Source: Chiloscyllium plagiosum (lineage: Eukaryota). From it: a DNA stretch of 64,000 bases. The number at the start of each line of letters is the position of its first letter. The stretch's first letter is position 1. Of this stretch, positions 62,053 to 64,000 are shown piece after piece. The stretch is taken from assembly GCF_004010195.1 (NCBI RefSeq), contig NC_057749.1, forward strand, positions 26,028,599 to 26,092,598, written 5' to 3'. The notes under the pieces are model-generated. The model worked only from the letters and a program-made list of their open reading frames with translations, made no database searches and was not told where the DNA came from. A program made the translations under genes and the position numbers.

Positions 62053-63107
62053 AAATGCTTTTCTGGTGAGGCTTCCAGTGTATAGCAGAAAAGGTGCTGT
62101 AATAGCCATACAATGTTTATGAGCAGTGCAATTTGCCGTGTCCGTATAGGTTTACCATACCCTTTATATAGCAGGCTAAAAATAGTTTAAAAGGATAAAG
62201 GTAATTGATGAAAGAACCAGAAGGAAGATGAGGAGCAATGGTTTTACAAAATGATTGTAAATTGCAATGCACTGCCTGAAGTGAAACATTCAAGAGTGAC
62301 TTTCTAAAGGAAGTTGAATAAGTGCTTGAAAAGGGGAACTTTGCAGTTTTATGGGAAAAGAGCAAAGAACGAGGACCTTTCAAAGTGCGGGCAGAGGCAT
62401 GCTGTGCCAAACGGTTTCTTTCTGGAACATTCTACGATTCAGTGGTTCTGGGAATAGAGAGATACTTTCTTGTCATTCGTTTGGTCTCATCCTCCGGTGT
62501 GAGAAAGTTGAATTTATCGCACAGACAATCTCTCCACACAACACTCTAAGGACTGAAGAATGTACTAATTTTATGACTTTGTGGTCGACTGTGAGTTACT
62601 GTCTCCCACTGTGTTTCTCTCCCATTATATTTTAAGTCCAAGGCATTGTGTTTGAAAGTGAAAAAGCAGAAGTGAAACACTTTTTACCTCTTTTAATTGT
62701 AACGTCTTCCCACAGCTGTGCTAATCTCAACGTTTGGGATGTTCTAAGCAGAAGAGCTTGTGAAATAGGAGCCAGAATGGAGCAAACAGAACATTGAGAC
62801 TGTTCTGCCGTAACTGCAGTTGAGGTAACCTTCTGACTCAGCTCCACCTTCTCTTCTGCTTTCATATCTCTCGTTTTCCGGATGGTCAAAGATTTGTCTG
62901 GCTCAGACTTAAATAGATTCAACAATCGAGAGTTTAAAGAGGCTGGGGTGAGAACTCTGAGATTCACAACACTTGGAGAGAAGAGATTTTTCCCTCTTAT
63001 CAATACTGAAGTCCTTCCTCTAGTAACCATGTGCCAGAGCAGCAGAACAGCCCGCTATCCATTATCGAACCCCTTTGGGATTTTGTATGTTTCAATCAGG
63101 TCGACTC

Positions 63108-63966
63108 CAAGTTAAAGATGCCCTCCAACGCATCTCGTCCACATCCCGCACCTCCACCCTCAGACCCCACCCCTCCAACCGCAACAAGGACAGAACGGCC
63201 CTGGTGCTCACCTTCCACCCTACCAACCTTCGCATAAACCAAATCATCCGCCGACATTTCCGCCACCTCCAAATCGACCTCACCACCAGGGATATATTTC
63301 CCTCCCCACCCCTCTCCGCCTTCCGCAAAGACCGCTCCCTCCGTGACTACCTGGTCAGGNNNNNNNNNNNNNNNNNNNNNNNNNNNNNNNNNNNNNNNNN
63401 NNNNNNNNNNNNNNNNNNNNNNNNNNNNNNNNNNNNNNNNNNNNNNNNNNNNNNNNNNNNNNNNNNNNNNNNNNNNNNNNNNNNNNNNNNNNNNNNNNNN
63501 NNNNNNNNNNNNNNNNNNNNNNNNNNNNNNNNNNNNNNNNNNNNNNNNNNNNNNNNNNNNNNNNNNNNNNNNNNNNNNNNNNNNNNNNNNNNNNNNNNNN
63601 NNNNNNNNNNNNNNNNNNNNNNNNNNNNNNNNNNNNNNNNNNNNNNNNNNNNNNNNNNNNNNNNNNNNNNNNNNNNNNNNNNNNNNNNNNNNNNNNNNNN
63701 NNNNNNNNNNNNNNNNNNNNNNNNNNNNNNNNNNNNNNNNNNNNNNNNNNNNNNNNNNNNNNNNNNNNNNNNNNNNNNNNNNNNNNNNNNNNNNCCTCTC
63801 ACTTATCTCTCCACCCTTCAGGCTCTCTGGCTGTGTTCCTGATGAAGGGCTTTTGCCCGAACCGTCGATTTTACTGCTCCTCGGATGCTGCCTGAACTGC
63901 TGTGCTCTTCCAGCACCATTAATCCAGAATCTGGTTTCCAGCATCTGCAGTCATTGTTTTTACCTC
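63108..63966 (+). mobile_element. 5'-truncated Penelope-like element (post-RT linker ORF fragment, gap, terminal repeat with hammerhead-like motif)
   Basis: DRTALVLTFHPTNLRINQIIRRHFRHLQ...IFPSPPLSAFRKDRSLRDYLVR; CCTGATGAAGGGCTTTTGCCCGAACCGTCG at ~63838-63868. Confidence 0.82.
63360..63793. other. Assembly gap (N run)
   Basis: N characters. Confidence 0.99.
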
Positions 63967-64000
63967 GTCAGTGTTGGTAGTTCAGTGTAACAGGGAGCTG

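Overview
Repeat-saturated, apparently intergenic or deep-intronic vertebrate DNA, most likely a cartilaginous fish (shark). That organism call is inferred from HE1/V-SINE-type SINEs, HER1/CR1-type LINEs and DeuSINE-like remnants. I found no host protein-coding exon I can support; the recognisable ORFs are decayed retroelement fragments, and the rest are repeat or N-gap read-throughs or unassignable short ORFs. Contents: two long decayed CR1 LINEs (SGNH-esterase ORF1, APE-RT ORF2), many CR1 3' ends, about 17 HE1-type SINEs, two Tx1/L1-type ends, a Rex1/Babar end, a solo LTR, a 5.8S rRNA retrocopy abutting a SINE, satellites and four N gaps. The main signal is a set of at least five Penelope-like element (PLE) terminal-repeat families, each carrying a minimal hammerhead ribozyme motif with co-varying stems. 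They insert as short, often fold-back units with ~12-15 bp target-site duplications (TSDs), and one insertion encloses a piece of CR1. Family names come from my own recognition, not database searches, and edges of old repeats are approximate.
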